This document shows positions 1 through 14,989 of a DNA stretch of 64,000 nt, piece by piece. The stretch's first letter is position 1. Each line of letters starts with the position of its first letter. The position numbers and the translations under genes are program-made. The stretch is from Octopus sinensis (Eukaryota). A model generated the notes under the pieces. That model did not search any database. It was not told the DNA's origin and saw nothing but the letters and a program-made list of their open reading frames with translations. The DNA lies in NCBI RefSeq assembly GCF_006345805.1, contig NC_043018.1:11160001-11224000 (forward strand). Direction: 5' to 3'.

Positions 1-168
1 CCCTGCATCTCTCTTGATTCAAGTTTCATGTTTACCTCTTCCTTGCTTCCTTTCTCCATTCCTACAAGTTTTCCTTTTCTTCCTTACACTCTCTCTCTCT
101 CACACACACTGTCTCTTTCTCTCTCTTGCATTCTCGCTCTCTCGTGCACCCTCTTTCTCCCTCCAGAC

Positions 169-314
169 TCAGCTCTTTTTTGAAGACAACAAAGTCAGGA
201 TGAGTTTGTTATCTGTTGCATCAGCTGGTGTTTCCCCTTCGTTACATTTCATGGATGGGTCAGCATGGTTCTCAAGGAGTTTCTGAACAATCGATTCATA
301 TTCACAAGAAGCAG
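169..314 (-). CDS. ACBD6: ACBD6 last coding exon ([48 protein letters not shown])
   Basis: Acceptor ctttgttaaag|, phase 1 matches exon 6, TGA at 171-169; ankyrin C-terminal half LL..HADP... Confidence 0.93.
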
Positions 315-3300
315 CTTTAACAAAGAACAAAAAAGAAATAGAAGAAGAAAGAAACCATTAATAATAATCAAACAAGCAATGATTTCATAAGCAGTAATGA
401 GTTTTACAATTCTCTAAATAATTATGCTTTTTCTTTATAAGCTTAAACTTATGAGATTACTGTCATCATTATCATTTAATGACCGCTTTCCATGCTGGCA
501 TAGGTTGGACAGTTTGACTGAGGACTGGCGAGCCAGAAGGCTGCACCAGGCTCCAATGTGATCTGGCAAAGTTTCTACAGCTGGATGCTCTTCCTAACGC
601 CAACCACTCTGTGAGTGTAGTGGGTGCACTTTACGTGCCAGGCGAGGCTGGCAACGACCATGATCGGGTGGTGCTTTTTACGTGCCAGCGACACGGAGGC
701 CAGTCGGGGCGGCACTAAAGATTAAAACTACAGTTAATATTTATAGTAAACAAAGGGTGTGAGCTGGAACAATGGTTAGCATGCTGGGCAAAATGCTTAG
801 TAGCAATCCGTCTGTCTTTATGTTCTGGGTTTAAATTCCACTGAAGTTGACTTTGCCTTTCATCCCTTTCAGAGTCAACAAAATAAGTACCAGTTGAGCA
901 CTGGGATTGATTTAACCCCTTAGCATTTAAACCGGCCATATCCGGCTTGTGTATTTTACCTGTTTTAAGTTCAGATTAGCCAGATCTGGCCTCTCACACC
1001 TACCCAACAATGTCATTCTAAACATAAAAACAATCACATCATTTGAAATCTTGAAGCTGAAGATATACATGAATTAATTCAAAACAATGTGGAAATAAGC
1101 ACTACATTTAACAGTAATCTGAATGCTGAAGGGTTAATCAACTCACCCCTACCCTGACATTGCTGGCCTTGTGCCAAAATTTGAAACCAATATTAATTAG
1201 TATTCCTTTCTAATGTAGGCACAAAGCTTGAAATTTGGGTGGAGAAGGAGCAGTTGATTACATCAACCCCAGTGTTCAATTGGTCCTTATTTCGTCAACC
1301 CCAAAGAGATGAAAGGCAGTCAGCCTCAGGGGAATTTGAATTGTACAGACAGATGAAATGCCATGAAGCATTTAGTCTGGTATGCTAGCAACTCTGCCAG
1401 CTCACCACCATAATGATGATGATGATGAAAGGTAAAACTTGGAGGAATTTAGAATCAAAATATAAAGAGATATAACAAAGCAGCAGGGCATTGTGTTAGA
1501 AATGGTGAAATTTGATCTCAGAAAGCTGGACCTCAAAAGAAGAAGAGTCACTGTCTGTGCTAGAAAAGTTTCTTCCAACTCATGAATACATGGAGAAAAA
1601 CAGATATAAAAATTATGACAATGATGAATTTAAACAATGATTTGTAATTTCAACACAAGTCCATCAATTCATAGGGAAGGAGTTTTGTTGATATAATCAA
1701 ATGTAATATATCAATGGTATTTATTTATTTATCAGACCCCAGAGAGATGAAAAAGAAAATTTACCTCAACAAGATTTGAACTTAGACCATAAAGGAACAA
1801 TGAAATATTACACAATCTTTACTACTGACCACACTTCCAACCTTGATTTGTTCACTACATTCATCTGTCATTCCCCTCTCACCTACCCTTCCTGATTCTC
1901 TGTCCATATTCTCTCTTAAACTCACTTTCTTGTATCTTGAGAGTATGCTCAAACACCTGATTGCCAACATCATTTTCTTCTTTCCAGTTACTCCCTCTCA
2001 CTTTTATATTAATGCAGGGTGGCCATATATCTCCTCTACAGTAAGACACCTGTGCCTGTCCTATCCCTGTCATAGCTTCTCAATGCTTAACATGAAGCCA
2101 CGTCCTTCAACCCATCATAGTTGAAAGACTTTTTTCTGTCTTGTGATTTACTTGACAACCTCATTAGTGCCATAATCACACACCCAAAAAATGAAAATGG
2201 TAAACACAGTAAAGTGGAAGGGCATCCAGCCCTAGAAACCATGTCAAAACAGACATTGGTGCTTGAAATCCTCCGGCTTTTTGGATCCTGTCAAACCATC
2301 CAATCCACATCTTTGGAGGATGGGCAGAAAATGATGAGTATGATGATTTAAATTTAACCCTAATAATTCATTCATTGACCAATATACCCTAATATTTCAT
2401 TTCATTCATTCAATTCATATTAATTAATATGAACAACAGGAATATTTTATATTGGGACAAGGCCTTAAAAGTTTGAAAGGGAGTAAGTGTAACTAAATCA
2501 TCAGCCCTCAAGTAATACGGGTATTTTATCAACACAGGAGAAATAGATAAATCTGACACTGACAGGCTTTTACGCCACAATGTAAAGAAATATAACCAAA
2601 TTCTCAATGCCATTTTGTCTGTCACTTGTAAATTTGAACAATTACATAAAAATTCTGGAAAATGATGAACATGAAGCAACACATACCATAATGCAGTGGT
2701 GTTTGGCCATCTGTTGCCTGACAAGAAAGGAATTAGAGAAAAGAAAACCAATTATATATTTATAGAATAATGAAATACTGAAATGTAAAGAAAAATCTAA
2801 GAATTTGATATTTTTGCAAACTGAATAAATCAAAAAAATACATTAACAGTATTGTATGAATAACCTCCCTTCTTTCTCATGATAGGTCTCTGGTTTCACT
2901 GAAAATGAAATCCCAAAAGTGATACGTTTATTTCTGAATATACTCTTTTACTTGTTTCAGTCATTTGACTGTGGCCATGCTGGAGCACCGCCTTTTAGTT
3001 GAGCAAATCGAACCCAGGGCTCATTCTTTGGAAGCCTATTACTTATTCTATCGGTCTTTTTGCCAGACCACGAAGTTACAGGGACGTAAACACACCAGCA
3101 TCGGTTGTCAAGCGATGTTGGGGAGACAGACACACAAACATGCATACATATATATATACATATGTACGATGGGCTTCTTTCAGTTTCCGTCTACCAAATC
3201 CACTCAAGGCTTTGGTCGGCCCGGTACCACACAGCCACTCCAACCCTAAATAAGCTCCTAAAGTATTTATTTACAAAAAAATAATATAATTTATTGGTCA

Positions 3301-3952
3301 CTTTCACCTTCTTTGAGGGCAGGGAAAACATTTGATATGAAAAATAAAAATCTTCTTACAGGCACACATTTATATAGGTACAAACATGGCTGTGTGGTAA
3401 AGAAGTTTGCTTTACAACTATATGATTTTAGGTTCAATCTCAGTGCATGGCATATTAGGTAGCTTCAGGCCAAGAAATGCCTCTGAGTAAAACTAGTAAG
3501 TGGAATCTGTACAAAACATGTTGTGTGCATATCTGTGTGAATGTTTATTTTCTGTGATTGCATCTAAAAATCACTAAGCTATGGATGGTGTTATCTATCA
3601 GTAAGTCATCTGGTAGTTTTGCACTTTCAGAGGTGAACAGAATAAGAATTCTTTTATTTGAAAAATAGTTATGGGTTAATGGCAGGGAGGGCATCCAGCT
3701 GTAAAACAATGCCTTGATAATATGCATCATCTAACCCATGCAACCAAGGGAAAAAGAACAAATGAATGAATATATGTGTATGTATGTATACATATATTTG
3801 TTCTTTGCTTCCCTTTTTTTTTAACATCCCATTTATCTAAGCTGACATAAATTAAACAAATGTTATTATGGCATTGTTTTATAGCTGAATACCCTTCCAG
3901 TTGCTAAACCATACCTATTTACCAAGTAAAGCGATCTCTTAATTACACACAT

Positions 3953-4008
<56 letters not shown>

Positions 4009-5058
4009 ATTATATATATATATATATACGATTGTGAGCTGAATACCCTAACCACTAAGCCATGTGCTTTAAAAATATAAAGCGTATACAAAATATGTAT
4101 TAAGAATATAGAACTCAAAAATCTTTAAATCTTCAGGTATTGCAAAGTGGATAAAACCTCGACAATATATTTTTCAGACTACCCACCTTAACATTGACAT
4201 CACAGTTCCATTTCAACAAAACATCAACAATGTCTTCATAACCACGGTCACAGGCCCAGTGAAGCAATGTCATACCCTGCAATTAAGATAAGCACAGAAG
4301 AAATTAAGATATGTCATAGGAAATATTACTTATAAGACTTTTGAAAAAGATTTTTGTGTTATATAACATCACAGTCCTCACAAATGATTTGGTCACCGTA
4401 TATTCTTCCTTCCTTCTTACAATCTACTTTCCTTGAGAAAGGGCTCAAAATACACCAAGCTAGGTCCATCTATAGAAAAGAGGAACCACAGGTGCAGCAC
4501 ACAGTGGTTACACCTGGTGAGACACAGAAGTCTCCAGGAGGCCCAGTGTTCAAAAGGTGCTTTTAACATGCCAGTTCTGTGACAACAAGCACAGCTATGC
4601 TTGCTCTTGGCTTGACAGGTCTTCTTGAGCATAGCATATCACCAAAGGTTTCGGTCACTAGTCACTGCCTCTGTGAGGTCCAACACTTGAAGATCATGCT
4701 TCACCACTTTATCCCATGTCTTCCTTGGTCTCCCGCTTCCCCAGCTTCCTTCCACTGATAGAGATCGGCACTTCTTCACACAACGACAAGCTTTTTTCAG
4801 TTTTTGTCTACCAAAATCCATTCACAAAGCTTTGGGTCAGCCAGAGGCTATAATAGAAGACACTTGCTCAAGGTGCCATACACTAAGACTGAACCCGGAA
4901 CTATGTTGTTGGGAAGCAAGCTTCTTACCACATAGCCATGCCTGTGCCTATATTATATATATATATATATGTATATATATATTGTATACATATATATGTA
5001 TATATATATATTATATATATATGTATATATATGTATATATATATATATATATATATAG

Positions 5059-5109
<51 letters not shown>

Positions 5110-5510
5110 GTGTATATATAATATATATAATGTATATATATATATGTTATATATATATATATAGTATATTATAATGATTATATATATATATATTGTATAT
5201 ATATGTATATATATATATATATATGTATATTATATGTATATATATATATATATGTATATATATGTATATATATATATATATGTGTATATGTATATATAAT
5301 ATATGTATATATTGTATATGTATATATATATGTATATATGTATATATGTATATGTATATATATATATGTATGTATATATATGTATATATATATATATGTA
5401 TGATATATGGTTATGTATGTATGTATGTATGTATGTATGTATTATGTATATATATATGTATATATATATTATGTATGTATATATATATTGTATGTTTATA
5501 TGTAGGTATG

Positions 5511-5544
<34 letters not shown>

Positions 5545-5546
5545 TG

Positions 5547-5580
<34 letters not shown>

Positions 5581-5764
5581 TATGTATGTATGTATATGTA
5601 TGTATTGTATAATTAATATATGTATATGTATAATATATATGTATATATATATATATGTATATATATGTGTATATATATATATATATGTGTAATATATATG
5701 TATATATATGTATATATATGTATATATATGTATATATGATGTAAATATATATATATTATATATG

Positions 5765-5798
<34 letters not shown>

Positions 5799-5973
5799 AT
5801 GTATATATATATATATCTGTATATATATATGTATATATATATATATATGTATATATATGTATATATATATATATGTTATTATATATATGTATATATATAA
5901 TATATATGTATATATATTGTATATATATATATTGTATATATATATGTATATATGTATATATATATATGTATAT

Positions 5974-6004
<31 letters not shown>

Positions 6005-6072
6005 GTCTATATATATATATATGTATATATATATATTATGTATATATATGTATATGTATATATAATGTATGT

Positions 6073-6104
<32 letters not shown>

Positions 6105-7000
6105 GTATAATATATATGTATATGTAATATATATATATATGTATATATATATGTATATATATATATATGTATATATGTATATATATATATATGTATATAT
6201 ATATATGTATATATGTATATAATATGTATATATATATGTATATATATATATTGTATATATATATGTATATGTATATATATATGTATATATATATATATGT
6301 ATATATGTATATGTATATATATATGTATATATATATATGTATATATATATATGTATATATATATATGTATATATGTATATTATGTATATATATATATATA
6401 TAATGTATTATATATATGTATATATATATTGTATATATATATTGTAATATATATATGTATATATATATGTATATTATATATTATAATATATGTATATATT
6501 ATGTATATAATATATATGTATATATATATGTATATATATATATATGTATATATATATGTATATATATATATATGTATATATATATGTATATATATATATA
6601 TATGTATATATGATTTTGATTTTTGATTTGATTTTGATTTTTCAGTTTCAGCTAATGCTGTGACCATGCTGGGGCACCGCCATTTGGTTTGCTACACGGG
6701 TTTACCTCACGGATGCTTTTTAGCAAACGCCATCTGATGCATGAGAGAGTTCGATGCAGCTGCCCTCATCTGCACCTCCTGCCGTGAAGTTGGTTCATCC
6801 GGGACACCTGACAGGAAGAGATCCAGTCCTACTTTAAAGACATCCGCATCTACACCATGCAGGTCCCTCAGGTTCTTCGGGAGGACATTGAAGAGCCGTG
6901 GGCCTCTGAAGCCCAGGCTATCACAATATCTTGTCCTACACCTTGATGGCAAATTTGGAGTCCTTGGTACTATATATATATATATATGTATATATATATG

Positions 7001-7031
<31 letters not shown>

Positions 7032-9476
7032 GTATATATATGTATATATGTATATATATGTATATATATATGTATATATATGTGTATATAGTATATATAT
7101 GTGTATATATGTTATATTTGTGTATATATGTATATATATGTGTATATATGTAATATATGTATATATATATGTGTATATATATATATATATGTGTTATATA
7201 TATATATATTGTATATATAATATATATATGTGTGTATATATATATATATGTGTATTATATATATATGTGTATATATATATATGTATGTATATAATTATAT
7301 ATATATATATATTATATTATATATATATATAATATGATTGGATTTTGATTGATTGATTTTGATTTTTCCAGTTTCAGCTAATGAGCTGTGGCCATGCTGG
7401 GGCACCGCCATTTGGTTTGCTACACGATTTTACCTCACGGATGCTTTTTAGCAAACGCCATCTGATGCATGAGAGAGTTCGATGCAGCTGCCCTCATCTG
7501 CACCTCCTGCCGTGAAGTTGGTTCATCCGGGACCCTGACAGGAAGAGATTCAGTCCTACTTTAAAGACATATCCGCATCTACACCATGCAGGTCCCTCAG
7601 GTTCTTTGGGAGGATATTGAAGAACTGTGGGCCTCTGAAGCCCAGGCTATCACAATATCTTGTCCTACATCTTGATGGCAAATTTGGAGTCCTTGGTACT
7701 ACGCAGTGACGCCCGGTTCTGGCATTTGTGTGACTCTCGATGCCAAAGTTTGGGACAAGTCCTTCCAGGATCTTCCAGATATATATTATGGCATATCTTT
7801 CTCGCCTACGCTCCAGGGAATAGAGCTTTAATCTCTTGAGTCTTTCCCAGTAGCTTATATGCTGCACAGAGGCTATCTTCTTCGTGTAGCTTCGTTGGAT
7901 CGCCTCAAGTTCTGTGATCATCTTGACACTGGATGGTGACCATAGCTGAGAGCAATAGTCAAAGTGGCTTAGGACAAGTGTCTTCCAGAGGACCATCATG
8001 GTTTCTTGTTCTCTTGTTCTAAAGGTTCTAAGAATCCATGCAGCCAGCCGTCTACATTTCATTGCCAGTTTAGCAACATGTACATGAAAGGTCGCGTCAT
8101 CACTCATCACTGATTGTGCCTCTGGGATTGCAATCCCTCCGGGTCCAGTGTATTCATTGGGTATTGCATTCAGTTTTGCATGCTGATAATATAAAGCTTG
8201 AAACTTTTCAGCATTGAACTGCATGCTATTCTTTTCAGCCCACTTGTATATTTCGTCCAGCTCACATTGCAGGTGCTTAGTGTCTTCAGGGTTCTGTATT
8301 GCCTGTGAGACTTTTGTATCATCTGCATAACTTGTGATCGTGGCTCTCTGCGTGGCTGAGGGCATGTCTGAGAGGGCCATTATGAACAGTAGTGGTCCCA
8401 AAACAGTGCCCTGCGGAACACCGCTCACTATTTGCGTGTTAATGGAAGTGGCCCCATTGGCTGTTACCACCTGACTTCTATTCTTCAGAAAGTCATGAAG
8501 CCATTCTCCCAATTTTCCAACTATGCCAAGATCACGCAGTTTGTGACATATCATTCCATGATCGACTTTATCAAAGGCCTTTGCAAAGTCGAGATATATC
8601 ACTTCCACATTTGAGTGGTTGAGCAGCCGTTTCAGCACCCAGTCATAGTGTTGTAGGAGCTGAGTTAAGCAGCTTCTTCCTGGTCGGAAACCATGTTGGG
8701 TGTCGGGCAGCAAGTCATTTTCTTCAAGGAAGGTGATTAGTTTCCTTCTGACTATTCGTTCCATGACCTTGCTGATGTGTGAGGTTAGGGAGATAGGTCT
8801 GTAGTTCTTGGCCTCCGCTCTGCTACCTATATATATTATATATTATATATATATATATAATATATATATATATATATCAAAATAAGCAACAAGGATACCT
8901 AGAGGATATCCTGCATTACCTCTGGATATCCTTGTTTCTTATTTTGATTTTAATCACCTTACTTTGAAATTGTATGGATAATATGTGTGTATATATATAT
9001 TTCTGGCTGCTCTTTCTGGTGGACGAATGGCCTGTTTAGGCCATTCCTAAATTGTTATATATATATATATATATATATTTACTCTTTTACTTGTTTCAGT
9101 CATTTGACTGTAGTCATACTGGAGCACAGCCTTTAGTCGAGCAAATCGACCCCAGGACTCATTCTTTGTAAGCCTAGTATTTATTCTGTCTCTTTTGCCA
9201 AACTGCTAAGTTACGGGGACGTAAACACACCAGCATCGGTTGTCAAACGATGTTGGGGAGACAAACACAGACACACACACACATATATATACATATACAT
9301 ATATACAACGGGCTTCTTTCAGTTTCCGTCTACCAAATCCACTCACAAGGCTTTGCTCGGCCCGAGGCTATAGTAGAAGACACTTGCCCAAGGTGCCACG
9401 CAGTGGGACTGAACCTGGAAACATGTGGTTGGTAAGCAAGCTGCTTACTACACAGCCACTCCTACGCCTATATATA

Positions 9477-9514
<38 letters not shown>

Positions 9515-12500
9515 AGAAAATGAGATGAAAAGGAATAAACAATTATCTTCTGAAGTTCATTAGCTTACAGCTGTTTCTGTACATCTTTGAAGTTGAGGTA
9601 AATCGTTAGCTTTGAATACAATAAAGAAACCAAACTACATGTAATGAATTACATTTTTCTAGTTGTGTGTGTGTGTGTGTCTTCAGGTGTATGTAATGTA
9701 TGTGTATGTAATTAATACTTACATCATTATCACAGTCGTTCACTTTGGCTCCGGTCTCCAGAGTTTTCTGCAATTCTATAGTTTTACCTTCCTTGCACAT
9801 ATCAAAAATTGTCCAACTGCCAATCTCACTGTCAACATCCATCTTGGCACTGCATAGTTTGCTCAGTGTGCGCCGACTCATGCGAGTGAAAGGGTCTTCG
9901 AATGAATCTTCATCCTAAATAATATTTAGAAAGAGAAATACAGAAAAGTTTGATTTCAGTTTTACATGATAAAACGCACTCCATCACACAGTAAATCAGT
10001 TGGCAATAGGAAGGGGATCCAACAATTAAAAACTATGTCCCCAAAATTAATGGGGACGTGAATTCTGCAAACCAGAAACAATTGCAACTTGTCCAGGAGT
10101 GCAGTAATCAACATCATCATTATCAACTCTTAACATCCATCTTCAGGGTAACATGGGTTGGACAGTTTGGCAGGATATGAGTCAAGCTCCAATATCTGCT
10201 TTGGCATAGTCTCTACAGCTGAATAATCATCATCATCATCATCATCATCATCGTTTAACGTCAGCTTTCCATGCTAGCATGGGTTAGACGATTTTGACTG
10301 AGGGCTGGCGAACCAGATGGCTGCACTAGGCTCCAGTCTTGATCTGGCAGAGATTCTACAGCTGGATGCCCTTCCTAATGCCAACCACTCCAAGAGTGTA
10401 GTGGGTGCTTTTTACGTGCCACCGGCATGGGGGCCAGTCAGGCAGTACTGGCAATCACCTTGCTCAAATATTTTTACACATGCCACTGGCACAGGTGCCA
10501 GTAAGGTGAAGTTGGTAACGATCACGCTCGATTGGTGCCCTTTTACATCCTTCCTAATGCCAATCACTTTGCAGAGTGTACTAGGTGCTTTTTTTGTGGC
10601 ACTACTACTTGGGAGATTACCAAGTAACTTTGAATAAAATCTCATACGAGATCGATTACCTTGAAAAGGGTCACACCATGACAGGACTGTATTATTCTCA
10701 GCTACTGAAACGCCTCCAAGAAACAATCAAAGAAAAAAGGCCGGGAATGTTCACCAGAGGAGTCCTTTTTCATCACGATGATGCTCCAGCCCACACCTCA
10801 GTGGTTGCTATGGCAACAATTCATGATTGTGGATACGAACTTGTTCCCCAGCTGCCTTATTTGCCAGACTTAGCCCCCTCTGACTTTCACCTATTCCCAA
10901 AAATGAAAAAAACCCTGGCTGGTTGCCATTTTGCCAGTGACAATGATGTCATGGACGCTGTAGGAATTTCTTGGACTCCCAAACAAAAGAGTTCCTCTAT
11001 GCCGGGATAATGGCGCTTCAGCACCGCTGGAGAAAGTGTTCAGTCATCGAGGGGGACTATGTTAAAAAATAAATCATCAGAAGTCTTGTACTATGTTTTG
11101 TTTTTTTGAGGCTCAAGACTTTTCATACACCCCGCCTACAGGGCAGAGGGGAGACTTTTGTCCAAACACACACACACGCAAAAATACCTTTCTAGTGTTG
11201 ATGCCACCATAATATGTACCCAGTTCATGTTGTAGAGAGAGTTAATGTTAGGCAGGGTACTGAGATGTTATAAATCAAACCAAAAGATAGAATTCACACA
11301 ACAACAATCGGTATTTTCTCAGTTACTGAATGTGCTACATGAACACATGTGGTGAGTCACTATGAAACTTTTTCAACCCATGCCAACATGGTTATGTTGC
11401 TCTTTTATCTTTCACTTGTTTTGGTCATTAGACTGAGGCCATGCTGGGCACTGCTTTAAAGAATTTTTAGTTTACTTTATTTGTGTTTTTTTTAAGCCTG
11501 GTACTTATTCTATCGACCTCTTTGCTGGACTACTAAGTTACAGGGACATAAACACAAACACAACATACATAGATATGTATATAGATATGTGTATGTATGT
11601 ATGTATGTATGTGTATATATATATATATAATATACACACACACACAATGAGGTTCTTTCAGTTTCTGTCTACAAAATCTGCTCACAAGGCTTTGGTCGAC
11701 CCAAGGCTTTAGCAGAAGACACCCAGAGTACCAGGCAGTGGGACTGAACCCAAAACCATGTAGTTGGAAGCAAGCTTCTTACCACACCATTACACCTGTG
11801 CTTGTAAAATTACAAGCGACAACTCTTGGAACTTATAAATTCAAGCTAATGGAATCTGCCTTACCTTTTATTTATTCTTTAATTTTTATCGACACAGGCA
11901 TGGCTGTGTGGTGAGAAGTTTGTTGGTTCCTGTCAAACTGTCCAACACATGCAAGCATGGAAAACAAACACTCAACAACGATCATGATGAAGATACCTGT
12001 GCAACTTCAGAAAACCAACTTTGCAATGAAAAAGAGATTGAAGAGCTTACCTTGACTGCATCTTCCCAGTTGGGATACAACTTTTGCACTTCACTAATAT
12101 ATTCAGACATTGCCTCCTTTTTGTTCATTCTACCCAAACTTTTCCATGCTTCCCTGAAAAGTAGATTACCAGAAATTACTTGTGGCGGTATTATTATTAT
12201 TACTATTACAACTACTACTACTAAGGCGATGAGCTGGTGGTATCATAAGCATGCTAGGCAATATGCTTCGTGTTCTTAGTTCAAATTCCACTGAGGTTGA
12301 CTTCTTTTAGTCTATCTAACACATCCATTCACAAAGCTGAAACAATAGAAAATACTTACCCAATATGCCATGCAGTGGGACTGAACCTAAAAACTGCATA
12401 GTTGGGAAGCAAACTTCTTAACCACACAGCCATGCCTATCCTGCAAGTATGAGGAAATCAAACAATGGCATGAAATACTTACCATTTTTGTTTCGCTTCA

Positions 12501-12970
12501 AACTGCAGCATTCCTGGTTTTGGTGTATGACACTGGCCTTCTTTTGCCTATAAAAAAAAAAGATTCCAGAAACATTGGAATATTGAGTGAAATTAATCAG
12601 GACATCCAAGAGATATTAATATAGCATTATTACTGTTGTTTTTACGTCCCCTTTTTCTATACTGGCATGGATTAGGAGAGATCACCTGAAGTAGTAATCT
12701 ATGGTTGGATGGATGCCCATTCTGACACGAATCCATGAATGAAGCCAATTGTGTGTATATCTCTTTTACTTGTTTCAGTCATTGGACTGTGGCCATACTG
12801 GGGCACTGCCTTGAAGAATTTTAGTCCAACATATTGACCTCAGTACTTATTATTTTTTGTAAAGCCTGGTACTTATTCCATCAGTCTCTTTTGCCAAACT
12901 ACTGAGTTACAGGGATGTAAACAAACCAACACCAGTTGTCAAGTGGTGGTGGTGGTGGTAGGGGGCAAAG

Positions 12971-13003
<33 letters not shown>

Positions 13004-13287
13004 CAATAGGCTTCTTTCAGTTTCTGTCTACCAAATCCACTCACAAGGCTTTGGTCAGCCCAAGGCTATAGTAGAAGAATTTGTGAGATGTGACAGCAGA
13101 GAAGAACACAGAAAGTTTGTGAGGAACCCATTGACCCAATTTGCTGATGTCGATGAAGGTGCCTTGAACTCAGGAACCATGTGGTTGGGAAGCAAACTTC
13201 TTACCACATAGCCATGTTTGCCTGTGTATGTGTGTGCAACTGATATCATGTGACGGTTGTAAACAAGCAACTCTGTCATACAAATGT

Positions 13288-13358
<71 letters not shown>

Positions 13359-14930
13359 TATATATATATTGGGTAGCCCATAAATAATACTGTTTTTATA
13401 TACTTAATTTAATTTTCTAAATTAAGATAAAGTTCCTTCTTAATCTAACACAATACTCTTCCATCTACCTGGTACACTTGCAAGGCCCCTCTTCCAAAAT
13501 TCACTTGTCCATGACAAAAAATACTCCTCCAGTACTGTTTTGACCTTGTCTACAAAATTCATATTGTTTCCATCCAAATGATTTTGAAGACAGTAGAATA
13601 AATGATAATCAGATGGGGCGATGTCTGGTGAATATGGTGGGTGGGGCATGATTTCCCATTCAAACTGCTCCAGCCTTTGGAATGTCATCCTCACTGTATG
13701 TGGTTGAGCACTATCCTGATTGAAGAACACCTTTCATCTTGAAACCAAAGATGGTTGTTTTTCTTCCAGTGCTGACTTCAGCCACTCAAGTTACACACAG
13801 TAGATCTCCTCTGTTATCCTCTGGTTTGGGTTTAAAAGTTCAAAGTGGACTAAACTTTTCATATCCCACCAAACAGATAACACCTTACATGGACGAAGAT
13901 CTTTAGCCTGGGGTGCTGGTGCTTGTCCTTTCCCTACCCACTGTCTTTGGTGCTTCACATTTTTATACAGAACCCATTTCTCGTCATCAGTCACTATTCA
14001 GTCCAAAAAAGTTCATTCGTGAGATGTGACAGCAGAGAAGAACACAGAAAGTTTGTGAGGAACCCATTGACCCAATTTGCTGATGTCGATGAATGATTGA
14101 ATGACCAAGTCCAAGCTTCTCTGCTAGATCCTCAAAAGTTACAATGAGATTTTGTTCCACCAGGGTTGGCAGGATGTCCTTGTTGAGCTCTACAAATCTT
14201 CCTGGACAAGGCTCATTTTCTAGGCTGTAGTTTCCAGCTCAGAATTTCTGGAACCACTGTTGCCACTGGTTTATGTTAATTGTCCGATCCTCATATACTG
14301 CATTAATATTCCTTGCACTTTCCATTGCAGTGTTACCTTTATTAAACTCATAATGCAAAATATGCTCCTTTGTCACTTCCATTATAACTTTGAAAAAATA
14401 AATGTTAAAATCACCACACTGAAAACTTGCACTAAGAATAAGAACACGGTAAATTTACTGCCTGCTTTTATAGCAAGTTGATGCAGGTAGTTTATACTGT
14501 CCCCCTCCAACTTTTAGTTCATGCAGTTGCAAAACCTGCATTATTAATGGGATGAAATGCTTGACATACAAAAGTAGAAAAACAGCCAACTGATGAAGGG
14601 TCATTCTTTATGTTGTTTGTCTTGTTTTCCATTTGTATCGTTTGTTGTTCGAAAAAATAGTTCATATCCCATGTACTCATACTTTGTATTTTTTTGTTGT
14701 ACATACTTCATGATGTCCTGTGCCCATATATATATATATATATATATACAAATTGGTAGTAGTTTAATACATTATGTGATTGGGTATTATCTGGTAGTTG
14801 ATCATTGATTAGATTGTTTTCTGTTTTTTCTTATTTTGTATTTTGTATATACATATATAATACATATATATATATACATATATACATATATATATATATA
14901 TACATATACATACATATATATTATACATAT

Positions 14931-14989
<59 letters not shown>

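Noticed and set aside
2410-2751. 113-aa minus-strand ORF overlapping ACBD6 exon 6
   Set aside because: Different frame from the real exon, runs through intron, no domain.
9015-9050. Hairpin gaatggcct-gttt-aggccattc as a hammerhead
   Set aside because: No CUGANGA or GAAA core around the stem.
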